Below are positions 19,811-28,694 of a stretch of 64,000 nucleotides of DNA, one piece after another (position 1 is the first letter of the stretch; each line of letters begins with the position of its first letter). Position numbers and translations under genes: made by a program. The DNA is from Candidatus Parvarchaeota archaeon (GTDB lineage Archaea; Nanobdellota; Nanobdellia; WJKC01). The stretch is from contig JAFCFT010000001.1 of assembly GCA_017608505.1 (NCBI GenBank), positions 5,833 through 69,832 of the forward strand, given 5' to 3'. The notes under the pieces were generated by a model. That model was not told where the DNA came from. It was given only the letters and a program-made list of their open reading frames with translations, and did not search any database.

Positions 19811-20827
19811 ATGAGAATTGCAATTGCAGGATTTAACAGGGCAAAGAAAGATGCAATAGGAAATTATGTAGAAGAAATAAAGAAAATTTTCAAGAATGTG
19901 GATGTTTTAGTTCAGCAGTCAAGCGAGTACGAAGAAGACAAGAAAATGATGAAGATAAGGGGTTTGTTTCCATTTGAGTTGGGGTTTGTTGACGCTTATT
20001 ATGCAAAAAAGATCGATGAGAGATATGATTATTTGTGGCTGAACTGGTTTATATGGAACGCGTTCGGACCTGTTGCCTTAAAGTTGAAAAAATGCAAGTT
20101 AATACTTGATTATCACGGGATAACGCCTGAGAAGTATGTGAGAAATCCTGTGTATAAGTTGCTGTTAAGGCAGGCAAGAATGTTGTGCAAAAAATTGGAG
20201 AAAAAAGCCTGGAAAGTGATAGTGCATTCAAAATATATGAAAAAAGAATTGGGAAGCAGAAAGGCCGTAGTAGTGCCGCTTCCAATTATAAAGAGAAGAA
20301 AAGGAAGGGGCAAGAAAAAGGATTATCTGCTGTATGTTGGAAGAGTATCGCCGCACAAGAGGATAGACGTGATAATAAAGGCGCTTGGGAGTAGAGAATT
20401 AAAAGTGGTAGGGAACGTTTCAAGGAGCGAGTATAGGGGCGAAAAAAAGAGATTAGAAAAGCTTGCAAAACGCATTGGGGCAAAAGTTGTTTTTTTAGGA
20501 GCTATTGATGATGAAAAGTTAAATGATTATTATAAGCAGGCGTTTGCATTTGTAACTGCAAGCGAGCACGAGGGGTTCTGCGTGCCTGTTTTAGAAGCAA
20601 TGAGCCAGGGAACTCCAGTAATAGGGGCTAATGCTGCAGCATTAAAAGAAACTATTGGGGACTGCGGATTGCTGTTTAAACCTGGAGACAGCAAGGACTT
20701 GAAAAAAAAGATAAAAATGCTTGAAGACAAAAAAGTTTATGAAAAAATGGTTAAAGCAGGGCTTAAAAAGGCAAGAAAATATTCATTAGAAAATTTTAGA
20801 AAAATAATTAAAAACGTGATTGCTTGA
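19811..20827 (+). CDS. Family-4 glycosyltransferase (GT4)
   Basis: YVGRVSPHKRIDV...ASEHEGFCVPVLEAMSQGTPVIGAN (E-x7-E). Confidence 0.8.
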   Translation: MRIAIAGFNRAKKDAIGNYVEEIKKIFKNVDVLVQQSSEYEEDKKMMKIRGLFPFELGFVDAYYAKKIDERYDYLWLNWFIWNAFGPVALKLKKCKLILDYHGITPEKYVRNPVYKLLLRQARMLCKKLEKKAWKVIVHSKYMKKELGSRKAVVVPLPIIKRRKGRGKKKDYLLYVGRVSPHKRIDVIIKALGSRELKVVGNVSRSEYRGEKKRLEKLAKRIGAKVVFLGAIDDEKLNDYYKQAFAFVTASEHEGFCVPVLEAMSQGTPVIGANAAALKETIGDCGLLFKPGDSKDLKKKIKMLEDKKVYEKMVKAGLKKARKYSLENFRKIIKNVIA

Positions 20828-21869
20828 AAATTTTATGTTGGCCTTCGTGCTTGCTAAAGTGTTTATATAGGTTTAATAATTTTTTAGATATTAAGTCCCA
20901 GTCGTGCTTTTTAAGTTGAATTTTTTTTGGTTTTCTTTTAAAGGCTTGTTTAAGGACTTTGGCTGGGTCTTTGTTTTTAAAGTCAGAGATATCAAGGGTT
21001 ACGCATCCGCAAGCTTTTGCTTCTAGTAAGGACATGCCAAAGCCTTCGCGCTCGCTCATTGAAGCGTAGACATGGGATGATTTCATGTGTTTTAGAACTG
21101 TTTTGTGGGATTTTAAGAAGCCAAGGAATTTGACGTTTTGGCCAGCAATTGATTTTAAGTATTTTAATTCAGGGCCTTCGCCAATGATTGTGAGCTTGCC
21201 TTTGTTAAGTTTGTTAAATGCTTTTATGAGCTTGTCTACGTTTTTTTCAGGAATTAGGCGCGAGGCAGTGAGTATTGTGTTTGGAGCCCTTTTTGTTTTA
21301 ATGGATTTGATTAATTTTATGTTAAGGCCGTTTGGGATTATTGTTCCTTTTTTGACAAGGTTGCGCGTCTTTTTTGAGACGCAGATTATGTTGCCCAAAT
21401 GTTTTGAAAGAGATTGAATTATAAAGCCCAAGGTTCCAAAAAGCGGGCCTGCATAAGCACGCCAGTACTTGTAAGTCCAGTACTCATGAAATGTTATGAA
21501 AAGAGGGATGCGCTTAATTATTGCGTATATTTTTGCAGGCAAAAGATGCAGAAATGGGAACTCGTCGCAGTCAAGAACATCTAGGTCGTATTTTAGTAGT
21601 TTTGGAAGAAGAAGTGCGGAAAATTTAAGGGCGGGAAGAATTGAGCGGCGGCCCTTTGTGTAAAATGCTTCTTTTTTTGGGGCTTTGCAGACGCAGTGGA
21701 CATTTATGCCGTGATGCTTGAAGTTCCAGGAAGGCATGCCTTCCCAGTGCATAGTGAATATGTGGACTTCGTGCTTTTTTGCAAGGCGGGAGAACAGCTC
21801 GAAAGCTCTGTGCTCTGCTCCGCCAGTCACATACGGATACAAAACGTCATGGATAAAGCCTATTTTCAT
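20808..21869 (-). CDS. Family-4 glycosyltransferase (GT4)
   Basis: TASRLIPEKNVDKL...MSEREGFGMSLLEAKACGCVTL. N-terminal MKIGFIHDVLYPYVTGGAEHRAFEL. Confidence 0.75.
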   Translation of the reverse strand: MKIGFIHDVLYPYVTGGAEHRAFELFSRLAKKHEVHIFTMHWEGMPSWNFKHHGINVHCVCKAPKKEAFYTKGRRSILPALKFSALLLPKLLKYDLDVLDCDEFPFLHLLPAKIYAIIKRIPLFITFHEYWTYKYWRAYAGPLFGTLGFIIQSLSKHLGNIICVSKKTRNLVKKGTIIPNGLNIKLIKSIKTKRAPNTILTASRLIPEKNVDKLIKAFNKLNKGKLTIIGEGPELKYLKSIAGQNVKFLGFLKSHKTVLKHMKSSHVYASMSEREGFGMSLLEAKACGCVTLDISDFKNKDPAKVLKQAFKRKPKKIQLKKHDWDLISKKLLNLYKHFSKHEGQHKIFKQSRF

Positions 21870-21943
21870 GAGTGTTTAATGCTTTTTTGAATTTAAATAT
21901 CTTAGGCAAAAGCATAAAAAATAAAGGGCTTTTAGAAAAATAA

Positions 21944-23908
21944 ATGAAAGTTGAAAATGCGCTTTTGATGCTTGCTTTAATTTTGGCTTTAATTATGAGA
22001 CTATATCCTATGAGGCTTTACGCATTTGTTGGGAACGACCCTTTTGTTCATGCAAGCGTTATTAGGCAGTATTTGGAAACAGGAAATTTGGACACTTATG
22101 AATTGACAGGAGGGATTCAGAAAATAAACGAGCCTAAGGGTTTGTATTGGGTTGCAATCTTGCCTGCTTTAATTGGGGTTCCTTATGTTTTAGCGTTTCA
22201 GTTGATGCCTGTTGTTTTTGGAGCGGTTGCTGTTGCGCTTGCATATTATTTTTTGAAAAATGTGTTTGATAAGAAGACTGCTTTAATAGGGACATTTATA
22301 CTTGCATTAAGCGTGGCGCACACATACAGGACAATGGCAAACTTTTATAGAGGGGATGGATTTTTCTTGACATTTTTGTTAGGAGTGATGCTTGCATATA
22401 CGCTTGTGTTAAAGGAAAAAAAGACAAGAAAGCAAGTTTTGCTTTCTTTTATAAGCGCTTTTTTAGTTCTTGGAATGGTTGTTGTATGGAACGGGCATCT
22501 TTTAGGTATTGCAATAATTGTGTTTTGGCTTTTAGTTTCAGAGATTTTTGCTTATTATGAGGGCAATAGAGATGTTGCAAAAAAACTTATGATTTACGGG
22601 TCTATAGTGCTTCCTGTGTATGTTGGGATGAATTTTTTGCTTATGCAGTTTAATGTGATTTCTAATTTGTTTTTTTATTCTGCCGGCGCTATGGAAGCGT
22701 ACGTTGTTTTTGTGTTGGTTCCTGCAATTTTAGGACCTGTGTTTTATTATGGGATAAGGCTTAAGAAAAAGCACAGGATATATTCAATGATAGGGCTTTT
22801 AAGCGGAGCTTTGATTTTTGCAGGACTAAATGCAGGGATAATTGAAAAAGTTCTTTCGCAGTCAATATTTTTTAAGTCAGCAATATATACAATAGGCGTT
22901 TCAGAACTGCTTCCTCCTACGCCTGAGCTTGTATGGGTTATGCACAATATAATGTATTATTTCATGTGGGCTGGGTTTGTGATTTTTGGAATTATGCTTT
23001 TAAAATTAAGGAAAATCGAATATTTTGTTTTGCTCTCGTATGTTGCGCCTGTTTTGTTTCTTATGTTAAATTATGGGAGGTATGCTTTTTTAGGGTCTTT
23101 TGTAGTTGCTTCTATGGCAGGGCTTGCAATAAGTTATATGTATGGGCAATTGAGAAGAATAAAGCAGTTAAAAAAGGTTGCAATATGCTTGCCAATAGGG
23201 CTTTTGGTGGTGAGTGGCGTATATGGCGCGTATGGAATTTCGTTATTTACGCCAAGAATAAGTGAAGGGTGGGTAAGTGCTTTAAAATGGGTTAAGGGTA
23301 ATTTAGAGCCTGGAAAGGTTGTATGCTGGTGGGACCATGGCTCTTGGATACAATACTACACAGGATTTCCCACTGTTGTTGATTCTGTGTATGGGCAAGT
23401 TGAAAGCAATATACAAAGGATTGCTAAGTTTTTTGTGACGGATAGTAATGACACTTTTAAGGACTATAACGCAAGTTATTTGATTTTAGGAGACGATGCA
23501 ATATATTATATAGGGGCGATACTAGGGCTTGCTAATGAGTCAGAATACACTATTGTGTTCCCGCAGAAGTATGGTGTTAAAAAAGTGCAAGGAGGAGAGA
23601 TTACAGTATATTATGCAGGCGACGGGCAGTTTGAGTTGTATAATGACGGCACGTTATATAGAAGCCCTAATGGGGTTATGCTTTTGAGAAAAAGGGTGTA
23701 TGTCAATAAGTCAGGCGTTTCTGAAGTTATGACAAGCGGGAATTATACTATGGCAGGATGCCTTATAATAAATCCTTATGCAGTTTTTTATGCTAATGAC
23801 AAGGCTTGCAATTCAAATTTGATAAGATTGTTGTTTGGAAAAGGAAAAGAAGGATACAAATTGCTTTATGCAAATGATTTTGTAAGAGTTTATGGGATTA
23901 ATGAATGA
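21944..23908 (+). CDS. Short STT3/AglB-like oligosaccharyltransferase paralog (654 aa)
   Basis: About 13 TM N-terminal domain with NDPFVHASV in the first loop (compare STT3 DPYFNYR). VVCWWDHGSWIQ with WWDHG at 23327-23341 (variant of WWDYG), followed by a ~190-aa soluble C-terminal domain. Confidence 0.65.
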   Translation: MKVENALLMLALILALIMRLYPMRLYAFVGNDPFVHASVIRQYLETGNLDTYELTGGIQKINEPKGLYWVAILPALIGVPYVLAFQLMPVVFGAVAVALAYYFLKNVFDKKTALIGTFILALSVAHTYRTMANFYRGDGFFLTFLLGVMLAYTLVLKEKKTRKQVLLSFISAFLVLGMVVVWNGHLLGIAIIVFWLLVSEIFAYYEGNRDVAKKLMIYGSIVLPVYVGMNFLLMQFNVISNLFFYSAGAMEAYVVFVLVPAILGPVFYYGIRLKKKHRIYSMIGLLSGALIFAGLNAGIIEKVLSQSIFFKSAIYTIGVSELLPPTPELVWVMHNIMYYFMWAGFVIFGIMLLKLRKIEYFVLLSYVAPVLFLMLNYGRYAFLGSFVVASMAGLAISYMYGQLRRIKQLKKVAICLPIGLLVVSGVYGAYGISLFTPRISEGWVSALKWVKGNLEPGKVVCWWDHGSWIQYYTGFPTVVDSVYGQVESNIQRIAKFFVTDSNDTFKDYNASYLILGDDAIYYIGAILGLANESEYTIVFPQKYGVKKVQGGEITVYYAGDGQFELYNDGTLYRSPNGVMLLRKRVYVNKSGVSEVMTSGNYTMAGCLIINPYAVFYANDKACNSNLIRLLFGKGKEGYKLLYANDFVRVYGINE

Positions 23909-25355
23909 CTTTAAATGTGCTTGGTTCGAAAATGTAAAGATTGTTGATTTTGTAAGAAGATGGGTTGTTTGCTATCAAGTTTGTAAGGGCAGAGCATTGA
24001 ACTAAGAGACTTGTATTGTAAGCGCCTTCAAAAAAGCCTTCTGATAAGACATAAGCGTCGAAATATTGGATGAACAATGATTCGTTGTTGCACATGTCTT
24101 TATTAGAGAGGAGAAGAACTGTGTATGTGTCTTTGCCAAGTATTAAAAGAGTATAATCGTCGGTTAATATTGATTTGTATCCTTTGTTTTCTAGAAATGA
24201 ATGAAGTAGAATTGTGTTGTCTCGCTCATTTGGATATTGGTAAAATATGTTTATTGGGTTTAGGGTTTGTTCAAAGTGCGGGATTGCGAGGAGTGCAAAA
24301 ATAAGGCTTGTTGTTATTAGAATTGCAGTTAGATTGTTGAGTTTGAATTTTGAAGATATTATTATGATTGACAAAGGAAATGCAGTAAGTATGTATCTAA
24401 GATTTTTAGGGTCTATTATAAGTGTTGAAGCAATGAGAAATAAGATGCAAAGAAGCAAAGGCATTAGTTCTTTTTGAGGCCTGTGTTTTTTGTAGATAAA
24501 GATGATTATCAGGAAGAAAAGGGCTGTGGAAATATGCGTAAAAAAATTTAAGAAAAAGACTAAAGGCCCAAAAAGTCCAAGACTAGAGTCGCTTGCCCGT
24601 TCAGAATATATTTTGTATATGTACTCATAAAAGGGAAGTATGTATGCGAATGCGAATATTGAGACTGCAAGAAAAGAGACAAAAAGGATTTTTTTCTTGT
24701 GTTTTGATGATATTATAAGAGACGGCACTAAGATAAGGGGGATAAAATTGCGGGAAAATAAGGCAAGTATGAGTAAAGAAGTTAATATTAGTGTGTTCTG
24801 ATTATTAGGGTTTTTTTCAAAAATGAAGATAAAAAAGTAGAGCGTGCATAAAAAGAAAAATAAGAAGTATATGTCTAGCAAGGCTGCGGAGCTTAAAAAA
24901 AGAAGCGGCGGCGATACAATGCTAAGTGCGTAGGCAAGGAGGGCTTTGGATTTGTCTTCAGTTAGTTTGAAGACAAAAAAATAAATGAGGATGCACGATA
25001 ATGCGCCAAAAGCAACAGAAAGGATTCTTGCGCAGAATAAAAGGTCTGAAATTGTTGGGTAAAGAAAAGGGAGCGCCATTCCAACATATGAATTTGCAAT
25101 TAGGCTTTGGAAATTCTTCCATTCATAAGAATAAAAAAGAGAAGGGAGCCCTATAATTGCTTCTGCAAGCGGAGGATGCTGAAAATTAAAAAGGATTGGG
25201 TTAAAGCCTTCTTGATTTGCTTCTGGATGGAGCAATTTGATTCCTGCTGTTACATATATTGGCTCGTCAATGTGGACATATGATGTTATTCCAAGAAGTT
25301 TTAATGTTATGTTTAAAAATGTAAGAATTATGAAAATGCATGTGTGTTTTTTCAT
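23898..25355 (-). CDS. GT-C glycosyltransferase, ArnT/PMT_2 (GT39/GT83)-like
   Basis: First loop YVHIDEPIYVTAG (DE motif) then FQHPPLAEAIIGL (HPPL as in PMT/ArnT). About 11-13 TM helices. Confidence 0.65.
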   Translation of the reverse strand: MKKHTCIFIILTFLNITLKLLGITSYVHIDEPIYVTAGIKLLHPEANQEGFNPILFNFQHPPLAEAIIGLPSLFYSYEWKNFQSLIANSYVGMALPFLYPTISDLLFCARILSVAFGALSCILIYFFVFKLTEDKSKALLAYALSIVSPPLLFLSSAALLDIYFLFFFLCTLYFFIFIFEKNPNNQNTLILTSLLILALFSRNFIPLILVPSLIISSKHKKKILFVSFLAVSIFAFAYILPFYEYIYKIYSERASDSSLGLFGPLVFFLNFFTHISTALFFLIIIFIYKKHRPQKELMPLLLCILFLIASTLIIDPKNLRYILTAFPLSIIIISSKFKLNNLTAILITTSLIFALLAIPHFEQTLNPINIFYQYPNERDNTILLHSFLENKGYKSILTDDYTLLILGKDTYTVLLLSNKDMCNNESLFIQYFDAYVLSEGFFEGAYNTSLLVQCSALTNLIANNPSSYKINNLYIFEPSTFKVIH

Positions 25356-26680
25356 TGCGATTTCCTCTTGTACTGTTTGACAAGTTCTATGAATTCAGTA
25401 AGGAGCGTATTTGCTTTTTCTTTAGAATCTGATTCAGCAAAGACTTTGATTGTATGTCTTGTTTCAGATGCGCGTATAAGAACAAAGCCTTCTTTAGTTT
25501 TAAATTTGACGCCGTCAATTGTTAGTGCGTTTGGGTGGAATTTAATGAGGTCTTGTTTAATGCGCCCCATTGTTTTGTTTTTGATTTTATGCGTTGGGAA
25601 TTCAACTTCTTCTTTTACAACAAAGACTTTTGGGAGTTCTTTAAGAAGTTCTGAAAGGTTCTTTTTTGACTCATGGAGGATTTTCGCAAGCATTAGCGTT
25701 GAAAGGATTCCGTCAGAAAAAGGATAGAACTCATTCCAGTAAAAGTGGCTTGAATATTCGCCTCCAAATAGGCCGTTGCGTTTTAGCAGTTCTTCTTCAA
25801 TAAAGCGGTGGCCTACTTTGCACCAGACAACGCGTCCATTGAAATTTTTAACAAAGGGCTCAATGCTTGATGAGACTGATACTGGAACAACAATTGTGCC
25901 TCCATTGTTGCGCTTAAGAACATGCTTGGCAAAAAGCATTGTCATTCTGTTTCCGTCAATGACTTCTCCTTTGTCATCAATAAATACTGAGCGGTCTGCG
26001 TCTCCGTCAAGTCCTACTCCAAAAGACGCTTTAGACTTTAAGACTGCTTTTTTAAGTTGTGCAAGGTTTTTTTCGCTTGGTTCAGGAATTCTCCCTCCAA
26101 AGTCAGGAAGCGGCTGGTCGTTTAAGACGTCTGCATTCAAAAGGTTTTTAAAAACGCGCTTTGACAAGACGCTTGCAGAACCATTAAAGCAGTCAATAAC
26201 GCATTTTATAGGTATTTTGCCAAATTCTTTTTCAAGGAAGCGCGCATAGTCATTTAAGGCAGTTATGTTTATTCTAGCGCTTCCATTTCCAGATTTGAAT
26301 TTGTATTTGTAAAAGGCTTCTTTTACTTTTTTGTAGCGCTCTTCGTCAATCGTTGCGCCGTTTTTAAGTATTATTTTGTAGCCGTTGTATTCTGTTGGCA
26401 AGTGGCTGCCAGTTATGTACACGCCAAAGTCGTATGTTTTAAAGACTTTAAAGTAGCAGACCGGGTTTGGAACAAGACCAATATTTATGACTTTTATGCC
26501 TGAGTTTTTTAAGCCTTCAGTTAAGTGTTCGCAAAGGTCTGGGGACGTTTCTCTTGAGTCATGGCCTACAATGCATGTGCCTTTAAAAACTGCGCCAAGA
26601 GCTTTGCCTAAAAGAAATGAGTCATGCGTGCTTATGTTTCTTCCTCTTATGTCATATGCTAAGAAAATGTCCTCCTTCAT
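25352..26680 (-). CDS. Phosphoglucomutase/phosphomannomutase-family phosphohexomutase
   Basis: YDIRGR, GHDSRETS, TGSHLPTEYNGYKI (active-site Ser loop), GVGLDGDADRSVFID (Mg site), GGEYSSH. Start moved to ATG 26680 (MKEDIFLAYDIRG), which abuts the upstream stop at 26682. Confidence 0.85.
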   Translation of the reverse strand: MKEDIFLAYDIRGRNISTHDSFLLGKALGAVFKGTCIVGHDSRETSPDLCEHLTEGLKNSGIKVINIGLVPNPVCYFKVFKTYDFGVYITGSHLPTEYNGYKIILKNGATIDEERYKKVKEAFYKYKFKSGNGSARINITALNDYARFLEKEFGKIPIKCVIDCFNGSASVLSKRVFKNLLNADVLNDQPLPDFGGRIPEPSEKNLAQLKKAVLKSKASFGVGLDGDADRSVFIDDKGEVIDGNRMTMLFAKHVLKRNNGGTIVVPVSVSSSIEPFVKNFNGRVVWCKVGHRFIEEELLKRNGLFGGEYSSHFYWNEFYPFSDGILSTLMLAKILHESKKNLSELLKELPKVFVVKEEVEFPTHKIKNKTMGRIKQDLIKFHPNALTIDGVKFKTKEGFVLIRASETRHTIKVFAESDSKEKANTLLTEFIELVKQYKRKSQ

Positions 26681-26681
26681 T

Positions 26682-27857
26682 TTAGACCCAGTACATGCTG
26701 TTTTTAAGTTTTGAATTGTCAAATTCTGTTGGAAGCACATCGCCGTCAATGATTCCTGAAGCAGCAAGATAAGGCCATACGCGCGAGTGCTTGAATATGT
26801 GCGACTTGTCTTTAATTACTGATTTAAAGCCTACAATTGAGTAATCATCTATTGTGACGCAGTCATTAATCCAGGCGTGGCCGTCAATAATGCTGTTGCG
26901 TATTTTTGAGTTGTCGCCTATCCTAACCTCTTCAAATACTATTGAGCCTGTGACAATGCTGTTGTCTCCAACTAGCGTGTCATGCATTAAGTGCGTGCAA
27001 GGGCCTATGACTGTGTTTTTGCCAATAATGCATCCTTTTTCAATTATTACAGGGGGCTTAATAATTGCGTGAGGCGGAATCTCTGCTGCGTCGTCAATTA
27101 TGCGGCATTTTGCGAGATTCATAGCTCCTGCATTAGTATCAATGTATGATTTTGGTTTTCCAATGTCCCCCCAAAGCCCAGCAAATTTGTATCCGTTTAT
27201 GTGTTCTGTTTTTGAGAAATATTCCCACAAAGCGCCTATTGTGTCCAAGTTTCCCGCAGACTCTAAATATTTGTTAAATGGACCGCTGAAAAAACCCCTG
27301 CTTATTTTGTAGACTAACGTGCTTGCAAGCTTTGACTTTGCTTCTTCCATCCTTGGTTTTTCTTGGAAACCTATTATTCTGTTGTTTTTAGTAACAGCAA
27401 CGCCGTAATTTTCAACTAGGAACTTGTTTGGAAGCTCAAATAACGCGATTGTGGCAAGGCCCTTGTTTGCATCATGGAATTTTGAGAATTCTTTAAGAGA
27501 CAGGCCTGAGAAGTGATTGTCTGCGCCTATTATTAGATAGTCGTCGTCTCCAAGCAAGTCGTAGATATATTTTATAGCTCCAATTGAGCCAAGCTTGTTT
27601 GAATGGTCTGTTGATTCTTCAAGTATTATTTTAACATATTCGTTGTTTCCTAAGAATTTTTTTACTTTAAGTTGATTTGTGTTAATGCTTAAATACACAT
27701 TTTCTATGCCTGCTTCTTTTAATGCTTTAATAAGCCATGTAATGTTTGGTTTTCCAGCTATTGGGAGGAGGAGTTTTGGAGTTCTAAGTGTTAATGGATG
27801 CATTCTTGTTCCATAGCCGCCGCCAATAATGACTGCCTTCAAGTAATGCCCCTCCAC
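26682..27857 (-). CDS. Bifunctional-type sugar-1-phosphate nucleotidylyltransferase with C-terminal LbH domain (archaeal GlmU/ST0452-like)
   Basis: KAVIIGGGYGTRMHPLTLRTPKLLLPIAGKP (G-x-G-T-R-x-P-L-T). C-terminal hexapeptide repeats (IGKNTVIGPCTHL, VGDNSIVTGSIV, IGDNSKIRNSII). Confidence 0.75.
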   Translation of the reverse strand: MEGHYLKAVIIGGGYGTRMHPLTLRTPKLLLPIAGKPNITWLIKALKEAGIENVYLSINTNQLKVKKFLGNNEYVKIILEESTDHSNKLGSIGAIKYIYDLLGDDDYLIIGADNHFSGLSLKEFSKFHDANKGLATIALFELPNKFLVENYGVAVTKNNRIIGFQEKPRMEEAKSKLASTLVYKISRGFFSGPFNKYLESAGNLDTIGALWEYFSKTEHINGYKFAGLWGDIGKPKSYIDTNAGAMNLAKCRIIDDAAEIPPHAIIKPPVIIEKGCIIGKNTVIGPCTHLMHDTLVGDNSIVTGSIVFEEVRIGDNSKIRNSIIDGHAWINDCVTIDDYSIVGFKSVIKDKSHIFKHSRVWPYLAASGIIDGDVLPTEFDNSKLKNSMYWV

Positions 27858-28669
27858 TCTTTTATAGCGCGCTCGTAGCGCTCAGTATTGTCTGTTGGAA
27901 GCCACTGGCCTTCAAAAGGGTATCCAAAAAGTTTTCCTTGTTCAAGGATTTGTGGAAACACATCTGTTTCTATCATTGAAGGCCCTTTTGGAACTAAGTC
28001 TATTATTTCTGGTTCTAGAATGTATACGCCAGCATTAATTAGTTTGCTTGGCGGATTTTTTGGCTTTTCTAAGAATGCTTTGATGCGCGGTCCTTCTAAT
28101 ACTGCGACTCCGTAACTTGTTGGGTCATCAACAGTTGTTAGTGCAATTGTTGCTTTTGCTTTGCCTTGTTTGTGAAATTCATAAAGAGATTCTATGTCTA
28201 TGTTTACTAAGTTGTCGCCATTAAACATTATAAATGTTTCATCAAGAAGGGGCTTTGCAAGCCTTAAGGCTCCTGCAGTGCCAAGCGCTTCATCTTCTTC
28301 AATATATGTGATTTTAACGCCGAATTTGCTTCCGTCGCCAAAGTATTCTTTGATTTTTTCTCCTAAATATCCTATTGTGATGATTACATCGCGGACATCG
28401 TATTTTCTTAGCAATTCAATTGTGTGCTCTAAAATTGGCCTTCCTTTTATTGGGACCATTGGTTTTGGAATTTCGTATGTAATGGGTCTAAGACGCGTTC
28501 CTTTGCCTCCTGCAAGGATGTATGCTTTTTTTAATTTTTTGCGATTTAGCGCTTTCTTAAGAAGAAATTCAATTGCGTGGCTCCTGTTGCGTATGCTTAC
28601 TCCATCAATGAGATTGTCAAGATCTGAGAGTAAGTGTTTGTTTAAAGTGACAGTTATTCTTTCTTTCAT
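27839..28669 (-). CDS. Ribbon-helix-helix (CopG-like) domain fused to sugar-1-phosphate nucleotidylyltransferase
   Basis: N-terminus MKERITVTLNKHLLSDLDNLIDGVSIRNRSHAIEFLLKKAL (RHH pattern), then KAYILAGGKGTRLRPITYEIPKPMVPIKGRPIL. Start set at ATG 28669, which avoids overlap with the flippase. Confidence 0.75.
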   Translation of the reverse strand: MKERITVTLNKHLLSDLDNLIDGVSIRNRSHAIEFLLKKALNRKKLKKAYILAGGKGTRLRPITYEIPKPMVPIKGRPILEHTIELLRKYDVRDVIITIGYLGEKIKEYFGDGSKFGVKITYIEEDEALGTAGALRLAKPLLDETFIMFNGDNLVNIDIESLYEFHKQGKAKATIALTTVDDPTSYGVAVLEGPRIKAFLEKPKNPPSKLINAGVYILEPEIIDLVPKGPSMIETDVFPQILEQGKLFGYPFEGQWLPTDNTERYERAIKEWRGIT

Positions 28670-28694
28670 ATGAAGTATGATAAATTCATACCTT

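Noticed and set aside
26681-26767. N-terminal extensions given by the ORF track (26767 for PMM, 28780 for RHH-NTase, 42215 for the GT-C gene, 50605 for the TtuA-like gene, 54572 for the GNAT-like ORF)
   Set aside because: The extensions overlap the upstream gene and have no homology-like sequence. Internal ATGs (26680, 28669, 42101, 50656, 54527) start exactly at the conserved N-termini and give classic abutting or ATGA junctions, or a good RBS.
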